From Eledone cirrhosa (taxonomy: Eukaryota): a stretch of 64,000 nt of DNA. Within the stretch, counting starts at the first letter, position 1, and every line of letters begins with the position of its first letter. This document shows positions 41,730-56,769 of the stretch, piece after piece. The stretch spans positions 214,644,001-214,708,000 of the forward strand of contig OZ024740.1 of NCBI GenBank assembly GCA_964016885.1, given 5' to 3'. The translations under genes and the position numbers were made by a program. Under the pieces are notes generated by a model. That model had not been told where the DNA came from. It did no database searches and worked only from the letters and a program-made list of their open reading frames with translations.

Positions 41730-44700
41730 TCTGTGTTGTTGTTGTTGTCAGGTGGCTTTGTTGTTGTTGTTGTTGTGGGGTTGTTATTGTTGTTGTTGTG
41801 AGGTGGTTGTTGTTGTTGTCAGGTTGTTGTTATTGTTGTTGTTGTGAGGTGGTTGTTGTTGTTGTTGTTGTCAGGTTGTTGTTATTGTTGTTGTTGTGAG
41901 GTGGTGGTTGTTGTTGTTGTTGTCAGGTGGTTGTTATTGTTGTTGTTGTCAGGTTGTTGTTATTGTTGTTGTTGTGAGGTGGTGGTTGTTGTTGTTGTTG
42001 TCAGGTTGTTGTTATTGTTGTTGTTGTGAGGTGGTTGTTGTTGTTGTTGTTGTGAGGTGGTGGTTGTTGTTGTTGTTGTGAGGTGGTGGTTGTTGTTGTT
42101 GTTGTCAGGTTGTTGTTATTGTTGTTGTTGTGAGGTGGTGGTTGTTGTTGTTGTTGTCAGGTGGTTGTTATTGTTGTTGTTGTCAGGTTGTTGTTATTGT
42201 TGTTGTTGTGAGGTGGTGGTTGTTGTTGTTGTTGTCAGGTTGTTGTTATTGTTGTTGTTGTCAGGTGGTTGTTATTGTTGTTGTTGTCAGGTTGTTGTTA
42301 TTGTTGTTGTTGTGAGGTGGTGGTTGTTGTTGTTGTTGTCAGGTGGTTGTTATTGTTGTTGTTGTCAGGTTGTTGTTATTGTTGTTGTTGTGAGGTGGTG
42401 GTTGTTGTTGTTGTTGTCAGGTGGTTGTTATTGTTGTTGTTGTCAGGTTGTTGTTATTGTTGTTGTTGTGAGGTGGTGGTTGTTGTTGTTGTTGTCAGGT
42501 TGTTGTTATTGTTGTTGTTGTGAGGTGGTTGTTGTTGTTGTTGTTGTGAGGTGGTGGTTGTTGTTGTTGTTGTGAGGTGGTGGTTGTTGTTGTTGTTGTC
42601 AGGTTGTTGTTATTGTTGTTGTTGTGAGGTGGTGGTTGTTGTTGTTGTTGTCAGGTGGTTGTTATTGTTGTTGTTGTCAGGTTGTTGTTATTGTTGTTGT
42701 TGTGAGGTGGTGGTTGTTGTTGTTGTTGTCAGGTTGTTGTTATTGTTGTTGTTGTCAGGTGGTTGTTATTGTTGTTGTTGTCAGGTTGTTGTTATTGTTG
42801 TTGTTGTGAGGTGGTGGTTGTTGTTGTTGTTGTCAGGTGGTTGTTATTGTTGTTGTTGTGAGGTGGTTGTTATTGTTGTTGTTGTGAGGTGGTTTTTATT
42901 GTTGTGAGGTTGTTGTTGTTGATGTTGTGATGTGGTTGTTATTGTTGTCGTGAGGTGGTTGTTATTGTTGTTGTTGTCAGGTGGTTGTTGTTGTTGTGAG
43001 GTGGTTGTTATTGTTGTTGTTGTCAGGTGGTTGTTATTGTTGTGAGGTGGCTGTTGTTGTTGTTGTTGTTGTGAGGTGGCTGTTGTTGTTGTGAGGTGGT
43101 TGTTGTTGTTGTGAGGTCGGTGTTGTTGTTGTTGTTGTGAGGTGGCTGTTGTTGTTGTTGTTGTTGTGAGGTGGGTGTTGTTGTTGTTGTGAGGTGGCTG
43201 TTGTTGTTGTGAGGTGGTTGCTGCTGTTGTTGTTGTCGTGAGATCTCTGTTCTTGTTGTTGTTGTGAGGTGGCTGTTGTTGTTCCTGTGAGGTGGCTGTT
43301 GTTGTTGTTGTGAAGCGGCTGTTGTTCTTGTGAGGTGTCTGTGTTGTTGTTGTTGTTGTTATTGTGAGGCGGCTGTTGTTGTTGTTGTGAAGTGGCTGTT
43401 GTTCTTGTTGTTGTGAGGGGGTTGTTGTTGTTGTGAGTTAGCTGTTGTTGTTGGGAGGTGGCTGTTGTTGTTATTGTTGTGAGGTAGCTGTTGTTGTTGT
43501 TGTTGTAAGGTGGCTGTTGTGAGGTAGCGGTTGTTGTTGTGGGGTGGCTATTGTTGTTGTTGATGTTGTGAGGTGACTGTTGTGAGGTAGCTGTTTTGTT
43601 GTGAGGTGGCTGTTGTTGTTGTTGTTGTGTGCGGTGGCTGTTGTTGTTGTAGTTGTTGTGAGGTGGTTGTTGTTGGTGTTGTCGTTGTGAGGTGGCTGTT
43701 GTTGTTATTGTTGTTGCTGTTATTGAGGGGTGGTTGTTGTTGCTGTGAGCTGGCTTTTGTTGTTGTTATAGTTGTGAGTTGTTTGTTATTGTTATAGTTG
43801 TGAGGTATCTATTGTTGTTATAGTTGAGGTGTCAGTTGTTGCTGTTGTTATAGTTGTGAGGTATCTATTATTGTTATAGTTGTGAAGTATCTGTTGTTGT
43901 TATAGTTGTGAGGTATCAGCTGTTGTTATAGTTGAGAGGTGTTTGTTGTTGTTATAGTTGTGATGTGTCTGTTGTTGTTATAGTTGTTGTGAGGTGACTG
44001 TTGTTGTTATAGTTGTGGGATGTCTGTTGTTGTTATAGTTATGAGGTGTCTGATGTTATAGTGGTGTGGTGTCTGTTGCTGTTATAGTTGTGGGGTGTCT
44101 GTTGTTATAGTTGTGGTTGTCTGTTGTTGTTATAGTTGTGAGGTGTCTGTTGTTGTTATAGTTGTGGTGTATGTTGTTGTTACGGTTGTGGGGTGTCTGT
44201 TGTTATAGTTGTGGGGTGTCTGTTGATGTTATAGTTGTGAGGTGACTGTTGTTGTTATAGTTGTGAGGTGTCTGTTGTTGTTATAGTTGTGAGGTGTATG
44301 TGGTTGTTATAGTTGTGAAGTGTCTGTTGTTATAGTTGTAAGGTTTCTGTTGTTTTTATAGTTATGAGGTGTCTGTTGTTATAGTGGTGTGGTGTCTGTT
44401 GTTACAGTTGTGGGATGTCTGTTGTTGTTATAGTTGTGGGTGTCTGTTGTTTTTATAGTTATGAGATGTCTGTTGTTGTTATAGTTGTGAGGTTTCTGTT
44501 GTTATAGTTGTGGGGTTTTTGTTGTTGTTATAGTTGTGGGGTGACTGTTGTTATTGTTGTTATAGTTGTGAGGTGTATGTTGTTGTTATAGTTGTGGTGT
44601 CTTTTGTTGTTATAGTTGTTGGGTGTCTGTTGTTGTTATAGTTGTGGGGTGTCTGTTGTTGTTATAGTTGTGAAGTGTCTGTTGTTGTTATAGTTGTGAG

Positions 44701-45375
44701 GTGTCTGTTGTTGTTATAGTTGTGGGGTGTCTGTTGTTATTATAGTTGTGAGGTGTATGTTGTTGTTATAGTTGTGGAGTGTCTGTTGTGGTTATAGTTG
44801 TGAGGTGTCTGTTGTTGTTATAGTGGTGGGATGTTTGTTGTGTTATAGTTGTGAGGTGTCTGTGGTGGTTATAGTTTTGAAGTGTCTGTTGTTGTTATAG
44901 TTGTAAGGTTTCTGTTATTTTTATAGTTTATGAGGTGGCTGTTGTTGTTATAGTTGTGAGGTGTCTCTTGTTGTTATAGTTGTGAGGTGTCTGTTGGTGT
45001 TATAGTTGTGCGGTGTCTGTTGTTGTTATAGTGGTGGGGTGTCTGTTGTTGTTATAGTTGTGAGGTGTCTGTTGTTATTATAGTTGTGAGTCGTCTGTTG
45101 TTGTTATATGTGTGATGTGTCTGTTGTTATAGTTGTTGGGTGTCTGTTGTTGTTATAGTGATGCGGTGTCTGTTGTTATGGTTGTGAGGTGTCTGTTGTT
45201 GTTATAGTTGTGAGGTGTCTGTTGTTGTTATAGTGGTGGGTGTCTGTTGTGTTATAGTTGTGAAGTGTCTGTGTTTGTTATAGTTGTGAAGTGTCTGTTG
45301 TTGTTATAGTTGTAAGGTTTCTGTTGTTTTTATAGTTGTGATGTGACTGTTGTTGTTATAGTTGTGAGGTATCTG
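41730..45375. repeat. About 26-bp (GTT)-derived minisatellite with graded unit change and higher-order repeats
   Basis: Units change from gttgtt..gtcaggt/gtgaggtggtt to gtgaggtggct to gttatagttgtgaggtgtctgtt. Confidence 0.93.
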
Positions 45376-45474
45376 TGTATTAAGACCAGCCAGTATTAGT
45401 GGCTCTGATAATAAATAATATAACAGCTGTGATGTCACAAGCAATGTACTGAGGCTTGCAAACGTTCCTTCCAT

Positions 45475-48045
45475 TGCTGCTGCTGCTTCTAATACTGCTG
45501 TTACTTGTGGTGGTGATGCTGCTACTGCTGTTACTGTTGTTGGTGGTTATGGTGCTTCTGTTACCGGCGGTGATGGTACTGCTGCTGCTGTTACTGGTGG
45601 TAGTGCTGCTGCTGTTACCGGTGGTGGTGGTGCTGCTGTTACTGGTGGTGGTGGTGTTACTGGTGGTGGTGCTGCTGCTGCTATTACTGGTGGTGGTGGT
45701 GCTGCTGCTGCTATTGGTGGTGGTGGTGCTGCTGCTGTTACTGGTGATGGCGCTGCTGCTGCTGCTGCTGCTGCTGTTACTGGTGATGGTGCTACTGCTG
45801 CTGCTATTACTGGTGGTGGTGGCAGTGCTGCTGTTACTGGCGGTGGTAGTGCTGCTGTTACTGGTGGTGGTGGTGCTACTGCTGTTACTGGTGGTGGTGG
45901 CAGTGCTGCTGTTACTGGTGGTGGTAGTGCTGCTGTTACTGGTGGTGGTGGCAGTGCTGCTGTTACTGGTGGTGGTGGCAGTGCTCCTGTTACTGGTGGT
46001 GGTAGTGCTGCTGTTACTGGTGGTGGTGGTGCTACTGCTGTTACTGGTGGTGGTGGCAGTGCTGCTGTTACTGGTGGTGGTAGTGCTGCTGTTACTGGTG
46101 GTGGTGGCAGTGCTGCTGTTACTGGTGGTGGTGGTGCTACTGCTGTTACTGGTGATGGTGGCAGTGCTGCTGTTACTGGTGGTGGTGGCAGTGCTGCTGT
46201 TACTGGTGGTGGTAATGCTGCTGTTACTGGTGGTGGTGGCAGTGCTGCTGTTACTGGTGGTGGTGGCAGTGCTGCTGTTACTGGTGGTGGTAGTGCTGCT
46301 GTTACTGGTGGTGGTGGTGCTACTGCTGTTACTGGTGGTGGTGGCAGTGCTGCTGTTACTGGTGGTGGTAGTGCTGCTGTTACTGGTGGTGGTGGCAGTG
46401 CTGCTGTTACTGGTGGTGGTGGTGCTACTGCTGTTACTGGTGATGGTGGCAGTGCTGCTGTTACTGGTGGTGGTGGCAGTGCTGCTGTTACTAGTGGTGG
46501 TGGTGGCAGTGCTGCTGTTACTGATGATGGTGCTGCTACAGCTTGCCTACATTGCTGTTTCTAATGTTGCTGCTGCTGCTGTTGCTGCTGTTACTGGTGA
46601 TGCTGCTGCTGCTGTTACTACTGCTGCTGTTACTGCTGATGCTGTTACTACTGCTGTTACTACTGCTGCTGTTACTACTGCTGCTGTTACTACTGCTGCT
46701 GTTACTACTGCTGCTGTTACTACTGCTGTTACTACTGCTGCTGTTACTGCGGCTGCTGTTACTACTGCTGCTGTTACTACTGCTGCTGTTACTGCTGCTG
46801 TTACTACTGCTGCTGTTACTGCTGCTGTTGTACTGCTGCTGTTACTACTGCTGCTGTTACTACTGCTGCTGTTACTGCTGCTGCTGTTACTAATGCTGTT
46901 ACTACTGCTGCTGCTGTTACTACTGCTGCTGTTACTACTGCTGTTACTACTGCTGCTGTTACTACTGCTGCTGTTACTACTGCTGCTGTTACTACTGCTG
47001 CTGTTACTACTGCTGCTGTTACTACTGCTGCTGTTACTGCTGCTGTTGTTACTGCTGCTGTTACTACTGCTGCTGTTACTACTGCTGCTGTTACTACTGC
47101 TGTTGTTACTACTGCTGCTGTTACTACTGCTGCTGTTACTGCTGCTGTTGTTACTGCTGCTGTTACTACTGCTGCTGTTACTACTGCTGCTGTTACTGCT
47201 GCTGCTGTTACTAATGATGTTACTACTGCTGCTGCTGTTACTACTGCTGCTGTTACTACTGCTGTTACTACTGCTGCTGTTACTAGTGCTGCTGTTACTA
47301 CTGCTGCTGTTGTTACTGCTGCTTTTACTACTGCTGCTGTTACTGCTGCTGCTGTTACTACTGCTGCTGTTGTTACTACTGCTGCTGTTACTGCTGCTGC
47401 TGTTACTAATGCTGTTACTACTGCTGCTGCTGTTACTACTGCTGCTGTTACTACTGCTGCTGTTACTACTGCTGTTACTACTGCTGCTGTTACTACTGCT
47501 GTTACTACTGCTGCTGTTACTACTGCTGCTGTTACTGCTGCTGTTGTTACTGCTGCTGTTACTACTGCTGCTGTTACTGCTGCTGCTGTTACTACTGCTG
47601 CTGTTACTACTGCTGCTGTTACTACTGCTGCTGTTACTACTGCTGCTGTTACTGCTGCTGCTGTTACTAATGCTGTTACTACTGCTGCTGCTGTTACTAC
47701 TGCTGCTGTTACTACTGCTGTTACTACTGCTGCTGTTACTACTGCTGTTACTACTGCTGCTGTTACTACTGCTGTTACTACTGCTGCTGTTACTACTGCT
47801 GCTGTTACTGCTGCTGTTGTTACTGCTGCTGTTACTACTGCTGCTGTTACTGCTGCTGCTGTTACTACTGCTGCTGTTACTACTGCTGCTGTTACTACTG
47901 CTGCTGTTACTACTGCTGCTGTTACTACTGCTGCTGTTACTACTGCTGTAACTACTGCTGTTGTTACTGCTGCTGCTGTAACTACTGCTGCTGTTACTAC
48001 TGCTGCTGTTACTGCTGCTGCTGTTACTACTGCTGCTGTTATTGT
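45475..48045. repeat. CTG/TAC/GTG compound array; the 15-bp unit gttactactgctgct dominates 46610-48040
   Basis: Direct reading. Confidence 0.93.
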
Positions 48046-48079
48046 TGGTGTCATCGCTGTTTTGTTGTTGATGTCCATG

Positions 48080-49211
48080 GTGTTGGTCATGGTGGTGGTA
48101 GTGACGGTGGTGATGGTGGTGGTGATGGTGGTGGTGGTGGTAGTGGTGGTGGTGTGGGGGGATGGTGGTAGTGACGGTGGGGGCTGATGGTGGTGGTGAT
48201 GGTGGCGGTGGTGGTGGTGGTAGTGGTGGTGGTGGTGGTGGTGGTGGTGGTGGTGGTGGTGGTGGTGGTGGTGGTGGTGGTGGGGGGGTTCGTGGTGGTG
48301 GGGTTCGTGGTGCTGGTGGTAGTGATGATGGTGGTAGTGACGGTGGTGGGTGTGATGGTGGTGGTAATGGTGGCGGTGGTGATGGTGGTAGTGGTGGTGG
48401 TGGGGGTGATGGTGGTTGCGATGGTGGCGGTGGTGGTGGTGGTCGTAGTGGTGGTGGTGGTGGTGGTAGGGTTGGTGGTGATGGTGGTAGTGATGATGGT
48501 GGTAGTGACGGTGGTGGGGGTGATGGTGGTGGTGATGGTGGCGGTGGTGGTGGTGGTAGTGGTGGTGGCGGTGGTGGGGTTGGTGGTGGTGGTGGTAGTG
48601 GTGGTGGCGGTGGTGGGGTTGGTGGTGGTAATGATGATGGTGGTAGTGACGGTGGTGGGTGTGATGGTGGTGGTGATGGTGGTGGTTGTGGTGGTGGTAG
48701 TGGTGGTGGTGGTGGTGGCGGGGTTGGTGGTACTGGTGGTAGTGATGATGGTGGTAGTGACGGTGGCGGGGATGATGGTGGTGGTAGTGGTGTTGGTGGT
48801 GGTGGGGTTGGTGGTGGTGGGGTTGGTGGTGATGGTGGTAGCAATGATGGTGGTGTGACGGTGGTGGGGGTGATGGTGGTGGTGATTGTGGTGCTGGTGG
48901 TTGTGGTAGTGGTGGTGGTGCTGGTGGTGGTGGGGTTGGTGGTGATGGTGGGGGGTGATGATGGTGGTAGTGATGGTGGTGATAATGGTGGTGGTTGTTG
49001 TTGGTGGTGGCGATGTTAGTGTTGGTGATTTAACGGTGGTCCATCGTTATTGTTGTTGTAGTTACTGTGAGGGTGGTAGTGCAGTTTATGATAATGGGGG
49101 ATGATAGCAGTGGTGGGGGGGGGGGTGATAGTATTGGTGGGATGATAGTGGTGGGGGTGGGGGTGATAGCAGTGGTTGTTGTTTATTGTGGTGTTGGTGG
49201 TACTAGTGGTT

Positions 49212-49252
<41 letters not shown>

Positions 49253-50149
49253 TGGTTACTTTCGTTGTTGCTGTTATGGCAGTGGTGGCGATTATAAAAT
49301 TGGTGATAGTAACGACTGTATAGATGGTGGTGGTGGTGGTGGTTGTGGTGGGTGTTGGTTGTGGTGGTGGTGGTGATGGTGGTGGTGTTGGTTGTGATGG
49401 TGATAACGGGGTCGGTGGTAGCAGTGGTGGTGGTGGTGGTGGTGGTGGTTACGGTAGCAGTAGTGGTGGTGGTGATGGTGGCAGTGGTGGTAGCAGTAGT
49501 TATGATGGCATTGGAGGTAGTGGTGGTGGTGGTAGTTGTGGTGGTGGCAGTGGCGGTGGCAGTGGTTATGATGGCAGTGGTGGTGGCGGCGGTGTTGGTG
49601 GTGGTGGCGATTGTGGCAGTGGTGGTGGTATTGTTTGTGTATAAAGTAAGATGTGGTGGCTAGGCCAGTGTTGTATCAGCAACAATAGCAGCAGCTGCAG
49701 TTACGTAGCCAACAGCATCACCAGCTGCACTGACAGCAGTAGCAGACATGATTGGAGTGGGCAAGGGGAGATAATACAAATAATAATAACTGCAGCCATA
49801 GCAGTAGTAGTAGCAGAAGCAGCAGTTGTAGCATTAGCGGCAGTAGTAGTAGCAGCAGTAGCAGCAGTAGTAGCAGCAGCAGCAGTAGCAGCAGTAGTAG
49901 CAGCAGCAGCAGTAGCAGCAGTAAGAGCAGTAGCAGCAGTAACAGCAGTAGTAGCAGCAGCAGTAGCTGTAGAAGCAGTAGCAATTCTTACAGCAACGTC
50001 AACAACAACGACAACTACTACTACTACTACTACTCTACTACTACTACCACCACTACTACTACCACTACTACTACTACCACTACTACTACTACCCCACTAC
50101 TACTACCATTACTACTACTACTACCACTGCCACTACTACTACCACCACC

Positions 50150-50190
<41 letters not shown>

Positions 50191-50227
50191 CACTATTACT
50201 ACTATTACTACTACTACCACTGCCACA

Positions 50228-50274
<47 letters not shown>

Positions 50275-51077
50275 CACTACTACCACCACAACTGCTACCA
50301 CTACCACTACTACCACCACCACTACTACCACTACCACTGCTACTGCTACCACTACTACCACCACCACTGCTACTGCTACCACTACTACCACCACCACTGC
50401 TACTACTACCACTATTACCACTACCACTACTACCACCACCACTACTACTACCAGTACTACCACCACCACTGCTACCACTACCACTACTACCACCACCACT
50501 ACTACTACTACCACAACTACCACCACCACTACTACCACTACCACTACTACCACTACTACTACTACCACCACCACTACTACCACTACCACTACTACCACCA
50601 CCACTACTACTACCACTACCACTACTACCACCACCACCACTACTATTACCACTACTACCACCACCACTGCTACTATTACTACAACAACGACAACAACGAC
50701 AACAACAATAACAACAATGACGGTGACATTAGCAACAATATCAATGAATAACAATAACAACAACAATAACATTATCTACAACAGGAACATCGTAGTAACG
50801 GCTGCAGTAACAACAACTGGGTGGGCCATTAACGACATTAACTACCACAACAGATACAACAATAACAACAGCAACAACAACAATATTGATAACAGTAACG
50901 CCATTAACAACAACAACAACAACAACAACAACAACTAAACAACAATAACAACAAAACAACAACAACCATTACAACAACAACAATAACAAAAACAACAATA
51001 ACAATATCGATAACGGTAGCGCCATTAACAACAACAACAACAACATCAACAACAATATTGATAACAGTGACGCCATT

Positions 51078-51111
<34 letters not shown>

Positions 51112-51130
51112 TCATCAATAGCAATAACAA
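48080..51130. repeat. Successive (GGT)n, (GCA/GTA)n, (CTA/CCA)n and (CAA)n low-complexity arrays
   Basis: Direct reading. Confidence 0.93.
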
Positions 51131-51739
51131 TAGTTCTACAATAAATAGTATAAAAAAAAAACATTGGATATTATCGATAGAGAAGGATAGTTCCTGTATG
51201 GAGTGGACAGGTTCGGAATTGTCATCAGAGGAGAATAGAAAAAAACCCAGGAGAATTTGAAAGCAGTGAAACCAAAAAGCAAGCTGATAGTGTAGAGCTT
51301 TTGATGTTGAGCTATTAGTTGTAGCAGGAACGTTTGATCGGGGGTTGTACAACAATCAATTGTGAAGGACCAGTTTATGAAGAGACTGCAGATCAACTGT
51401 AACCACTATAAACTATCCAAGTTGTAAAGAGCAATTGAAAACACTATCTGCTGTGAGATTTTATGGCGAAAAAAAAAAAAAAATTAGCAAGCCATAGATG
51501 AAAGTAAAAATAAATAAATAATAGTAAAACTAAACAAAAAACAAACAAACAAAAAACATAACCCCCCCCCCCCCCCCCAACAACAAACAGAAACTGTGAA
51601 ATCATGTGGATCTTTCAGTCATATGGAAATTTCCAGAAGCTTCATGTAATAAGTGTCAATAAAGGTCTTGGCAAAGTGGACAGCTCAAGTATTGGATCAC
51701 ATTTGTAGCTGTAATATCAGCTATCGTCATACAAACCGG

Positions 51740-52137
51740 CCTTCTTCTTGTTCTTGTTCTTCTTCTTCTTCTTCTTCTTCTTCTTCTTCTTCTTCTTCTT
51801 CTTCTCCTCCTCCTCCTCCTCCTCCACCTTCTTCTTCTTCTTCTCCTCCTTCTTCTTTTTCTTTTTCTTTTTCTTTTTCTTCTTCTTCTTCTTCTTCTTC
51901 TTCTTCTTCTTCGACGTCGTCGTCATCTTCTTCTTCGCCTACTTATGAGAGGGTCATGAAGACAGAGTCCTCAAATACAGCTTCCAGCAGGAACCGCCGC
52001 CAACTGATCCGGCTGGATCCCCAAGCGTGACCAGCCGAGCTCATGGCTGTTTTCCAACCATCTTGTTCGGGGTCTACCGGATGGTATTGCCCGTAAATCT
52101 GTTCAGTGATTCCTTCCTGAGATATTCTAACCACATA
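51740..52137 (-). mobile_element. RTE/Expander-like 3' end with degenerate (GAA)n tail, abutting the hAT MITE
   Basis: Homologous to 32056-32390. Confidence 0.78.
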
Positions 52138-52145
52138 CTTTAAAG

Positions 52146-52660
52146 CAGGGGCGTGCAACAGGCGGCCCGCGGGCCACAGTCTGGCCCGCCAGACCAGTCA
52201 CAGTGCCCCGCGATGACCGTTTTTAATTTTTACCTTGTAGGCTTATTTAGAAATTTTTTCGTAACCGTAATACGATTTTCTGTTAGTTGACTTAAAGGGT
52301 TTTACTGATTGGTTTATGTGTGTTATAATTTCCTAGTTCCATGTTATGGAAAGAAGTTGTGGTGAATCTTTGGAATAGTACTTAATAAATATTAATTGTT
52401 TCTACTTTAGGCACAAGGCCAGCAATTACCCAGTGCATTACTGGTACTTTATTTTATCGACCCCGTAAGGATGAAAGGCAAAGTAAACCTCGGCGGGATT
52501 TGAACTCAGACCGTAAAGGGACGTAACTATGCTGGAAAGCATGGCGTCCGACTCTCTACCGATACTGCCAATCCACCACCGCTTAATAAATATTAATGGC
52601 CCTAATAGTTGTTCCAATGTTGAAAAGTGGCCCGCCAATGGAATATGTTACACATCTCTG
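52146..52660. mobile_element. hAT (Charlie-like) MITE with 8-bp target-site duplication
   Basis: TIRs caggggcgtgcaaca / tgttacacatctctg; TSD ctttaaag at 52138-52145 and 52661-52668; subterminal ggcccgc motifs. Confidence 0.9.
52397..52581 (-). mobile_element. Full-length SINE-A nested in the hAT MITE, 16-bp TSD
   Basis: cttaataaatattaat at 52381-52396 and 52582-52597. Confidence 0.93.
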
Positions 52661-52847
52661 CTTTAAAGGATCATTACTTAAGTATGTGCCACCACGGTAT
52701 ACGATTCTAATAAACTGAAGATGAAATAGAAGTAAATACCTGTAAGGATGATCCCCAATAACATGGAGGAAGAGTCCATCACCAAAGGAGATCAATATAT
52801 CTCCATAATAGTTAAATGGGGAGCTTTCAACTAACAATTATATCAAT

Positions 52848-52939
52848 AGGTGCAAATATGGCGATGGTTAAGATTAAGATTTTGACATCATGAGGTCCTA
52901 AGTTTCATCTCACTGCGTGGAATCTTGGGCAGGTGTCTT
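52848..52939 (+). mobile_element. Diverged SINE-B head
   Basis: Degenerate A/B boxes and tcttgggcagg core. Confidence 0.5.
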
Positions 52940-53560
52940 TATGTGGGTTGGCTGAATAGTTCATCGGCTGTAAAGTTTATAGTTTGACCAAGATACTCTC
53001 ATGGAATGACCAAATGGGGTTTATTTTTAAACATACTCCCTGGAACGAAATAATGCAGTTATTAATAAGAAGAGTTGAAATTAATGCATGCAAGATTTCA
53101 CAGCTTTAGCATCACTCCTTTATAGGCTGACAAAGATACTCTCATGGAATGACCAAATGGGGTTTATTTTTAAACATACTCCCTGGAACGAAACAATGCA
53201 GTTATTAATAAGAAGAGTTGAAATTAATGCATGCAAGATTTCACAGCTTTAGCATCACTCCTTTATAGGCTGACAAAGATACTCTCATGGAATGACCAAA
53301 TGAGGTTTATTTTGCAACATAGTCCCTAGAACGAAACAATGCAGTTATTAATAAGAAGAGTTGAAATTAATGTATGCAAGATTTCACAGCTTTAGCATCA
53401 CACCTTTGTAGGCTGACCATATGAGGTTTATTTTTTAACATTGTGTCTAGAAAGAAACAATGCAGTTATTAATAATAAGAGTTGAAATTAATGCAAGCAA
53501 GATTTCACAGCTCTAGCATCACTTCATTAAAAAGCTTATGAAATTTTCAATCGCCCTCGT
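52940..53560 (-). mobile_element. Mariner-type MITE with its internal 143-bp segment amplified 4 times
   Basis: One TIR pair; units start at 52986, 53129, 53272 and 53415. Confidence 0.85.
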
Positions 53561-53667
53561 GCATTTGCTACACTTTAATACATTATGTTATTAGATTCTC
53601 ATAAAGTTATTAACCGTTCCGAATTATGATTTCCATAATAAGAAGTGCCTCGGGAATGACATAAAAA

Positions 53668-54834
<1,167 letters not shown>

Positions 54835-55489
54835 ACCAGATAGAACTACTAATGCAATGCTGATAGATTTCTCGCAAAATAATAGAAACGCCACAAAAGC
54901 ACAAAGAAAGTTTATTGTAGGTAGCCAAGGCATAATATAATATAATAATGTTTACTGTATTATGTAGTGGAAACACGTACTGGCATAGGACTGCAGGAAT
55001 AATAACGATGGTGGTGGTGGTGGTGGTGGTGGTGGTGGTGGTGGTAGTGGTGGTGTGGGGTGTTGGTGGTGGTGGTGGTGGTGGTGGTAGTTGTGGTGTG
55101 GGGTGTTGTTGGTGGTGGTGGTGGTGTGGGGTGTTGTCGGTGGGGGGGTGGTAGTGGTAGGGGGAGGGGGTAGTGATAATAATGATGATGATATGGTGGT
55201 GGTGGTGGTGGTGGTGGCGGTGGTGGTGCTGATGATGGAGGAGGATGATAATGAGGTTTGTGATTATGATGACGACGGTGATGGTGATGATGATGATGAT
55301 GATGATGATGACATTGATGCCCTCTATATTGACCAGATATTCCTCAACATATACACAATATGTTGTCATGCTGAGATGCACATATTCTATAAATGGGAGG
55401 AGTTGGGACTAAAATATGTAAAACAGATACAAAATATAATAAACAAACACATGATAGGTCGTTCAACTTCAATCGTGAGCATCCGTATC

Positions 55490-55798
55490 CGGGACCTGAT
55501 TTAATGTGGGAGCAAAGGGGACAATTTCCCCGGGCCTCCTGCATTGGGCAGCCCCATCAGTGATGGTTGTAGTAATTTATTTGTACCCTCAGCTGGGCTT
55601 TTTAGTTTTAGGATGGTTAGAATTTTTGAATTTAATACCTGTATGTATACCTTTTCAATTCCAATTACTTGCGCCAAGCCAACTTTGATATGTAAAATGG
55701 GGGTGGGGGCGCTGTGTATTCTAATTTCTTGTTTATGAGGGGTCCCCAAATGTGGAGTGAGCCCCCCCCCCCCTCCCCCTAGTATAAATCCAACCTTG
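55490..55798. mobile_element. Diverged hAT-type MITE
   Basis: Ends cgggacctgattta / taaatccaaccttg; flanks tccgtatc / tccgtgtc (7 of 8 match). Confidence 0.7.
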
Positions 55799-55990
55799 TC
55801 CGTGTCAATTGTTGAACCTCGATATCTACACATCCATTGACAAGTATTTTGTTAACCGCTAAAAGACTCTTCCTGTGTTTTTTTTTATCAACGATCTATC
55901 ATTTTGAGTTTTGAAGTTACGTTCATTATCTCCGACCCCCCCCCCTTACTAACCTACACGGCATTTGGAGGGTTCAGTTTTAGCTTCTTG

Positions 55991-56110
55991 TGAAGGGACG
56001 TGGCCTAGTGGTTAGGATAGTTGACTTACGATCATACAGTCGTGGGTTTGATTCCTGCACCGGGTGGTGTGTTGTGTTCTTGAGTAAAACACTTTATTTC
56101 ATTTTGCTCC
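55991..56110 (+). mobile_element. SINE-B 5' part
   Basis: tggcctagtgg, ggtttgattcc, ttcttgagtaaaacactttatttca. Confidence 0.8.
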
Positions 56111-56769
56111 TTCTTTCAAGGTATGTGACAGACAGAATATATCAGCATTGGGAAGATCAACGGAAAGGTCATTTACTTAGGTTTGATCAGATAATCGGCT
56201 CCTTTCCTATTTTAGCTTCTTCTACAGGTCAGTTATCCTCGAATTATTGTTTCAGAGAGCCGCAGGTAACCATGCTCTCATGCATGTGTGACTTTCAGCA
56301 CACTGGGTGTTTTTATTCTGGGCTACTTTAAGCTCCTTAAGAACAACGCTTTGCATGCAGTATATACATATATACAAAATCAAAACTTGTTCATTGCTTT
56401 CACCAGGCCGGCATATAGACAAGGTCTACACTCACTGCAGTGTTTTATGTTGTTCCAAAAGACAAAGATCAGCTTAAGCAATATGAATTCTCTCGTTTCC
56501 TTCTCTCAAAAGTGTTTTGGGTTTCAAATCGTCTGTATAGTTTCAGTTGATAGAAGTATGTCCCCCCTCGACATATTCAGACTGCGAGATTCTATCTATA
56601 AGCATACATTTTATACAGAACGTATTTCAGTCATGAAATTACGAAGATAGACACTTGATATTCAGGCTTCGATTAATAGTCATGCAATTCATACAGGGTT
56701 CTCTCCCCATATTCTTGTTTCTTACTTCATAATCTTTTCTTTAAGTATGCCATTTTTTTTTAAAGAAAG

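Noticed and set aside
46540-48090. Antifreeze-glycoprotein- or mucin-like (VTTAA)n protein
   Set aside because: Trinucleotide-derived arrays stay open by construction; the frame shifts near 46830 and there is no signal peptide or exon evidence.
48162-50772. Gly-rich and His/Tyr-rich structural protein ORFs
   Set aside because: Near single-codon usage and continuity with adjacent simple repeats indicate microsatellite origin.
51165-51460. Possible host exon in unique sequence
   Set aside because: Frames are short or stop-interrupted with no recognisable domain; it cannot be supported without RNA data.
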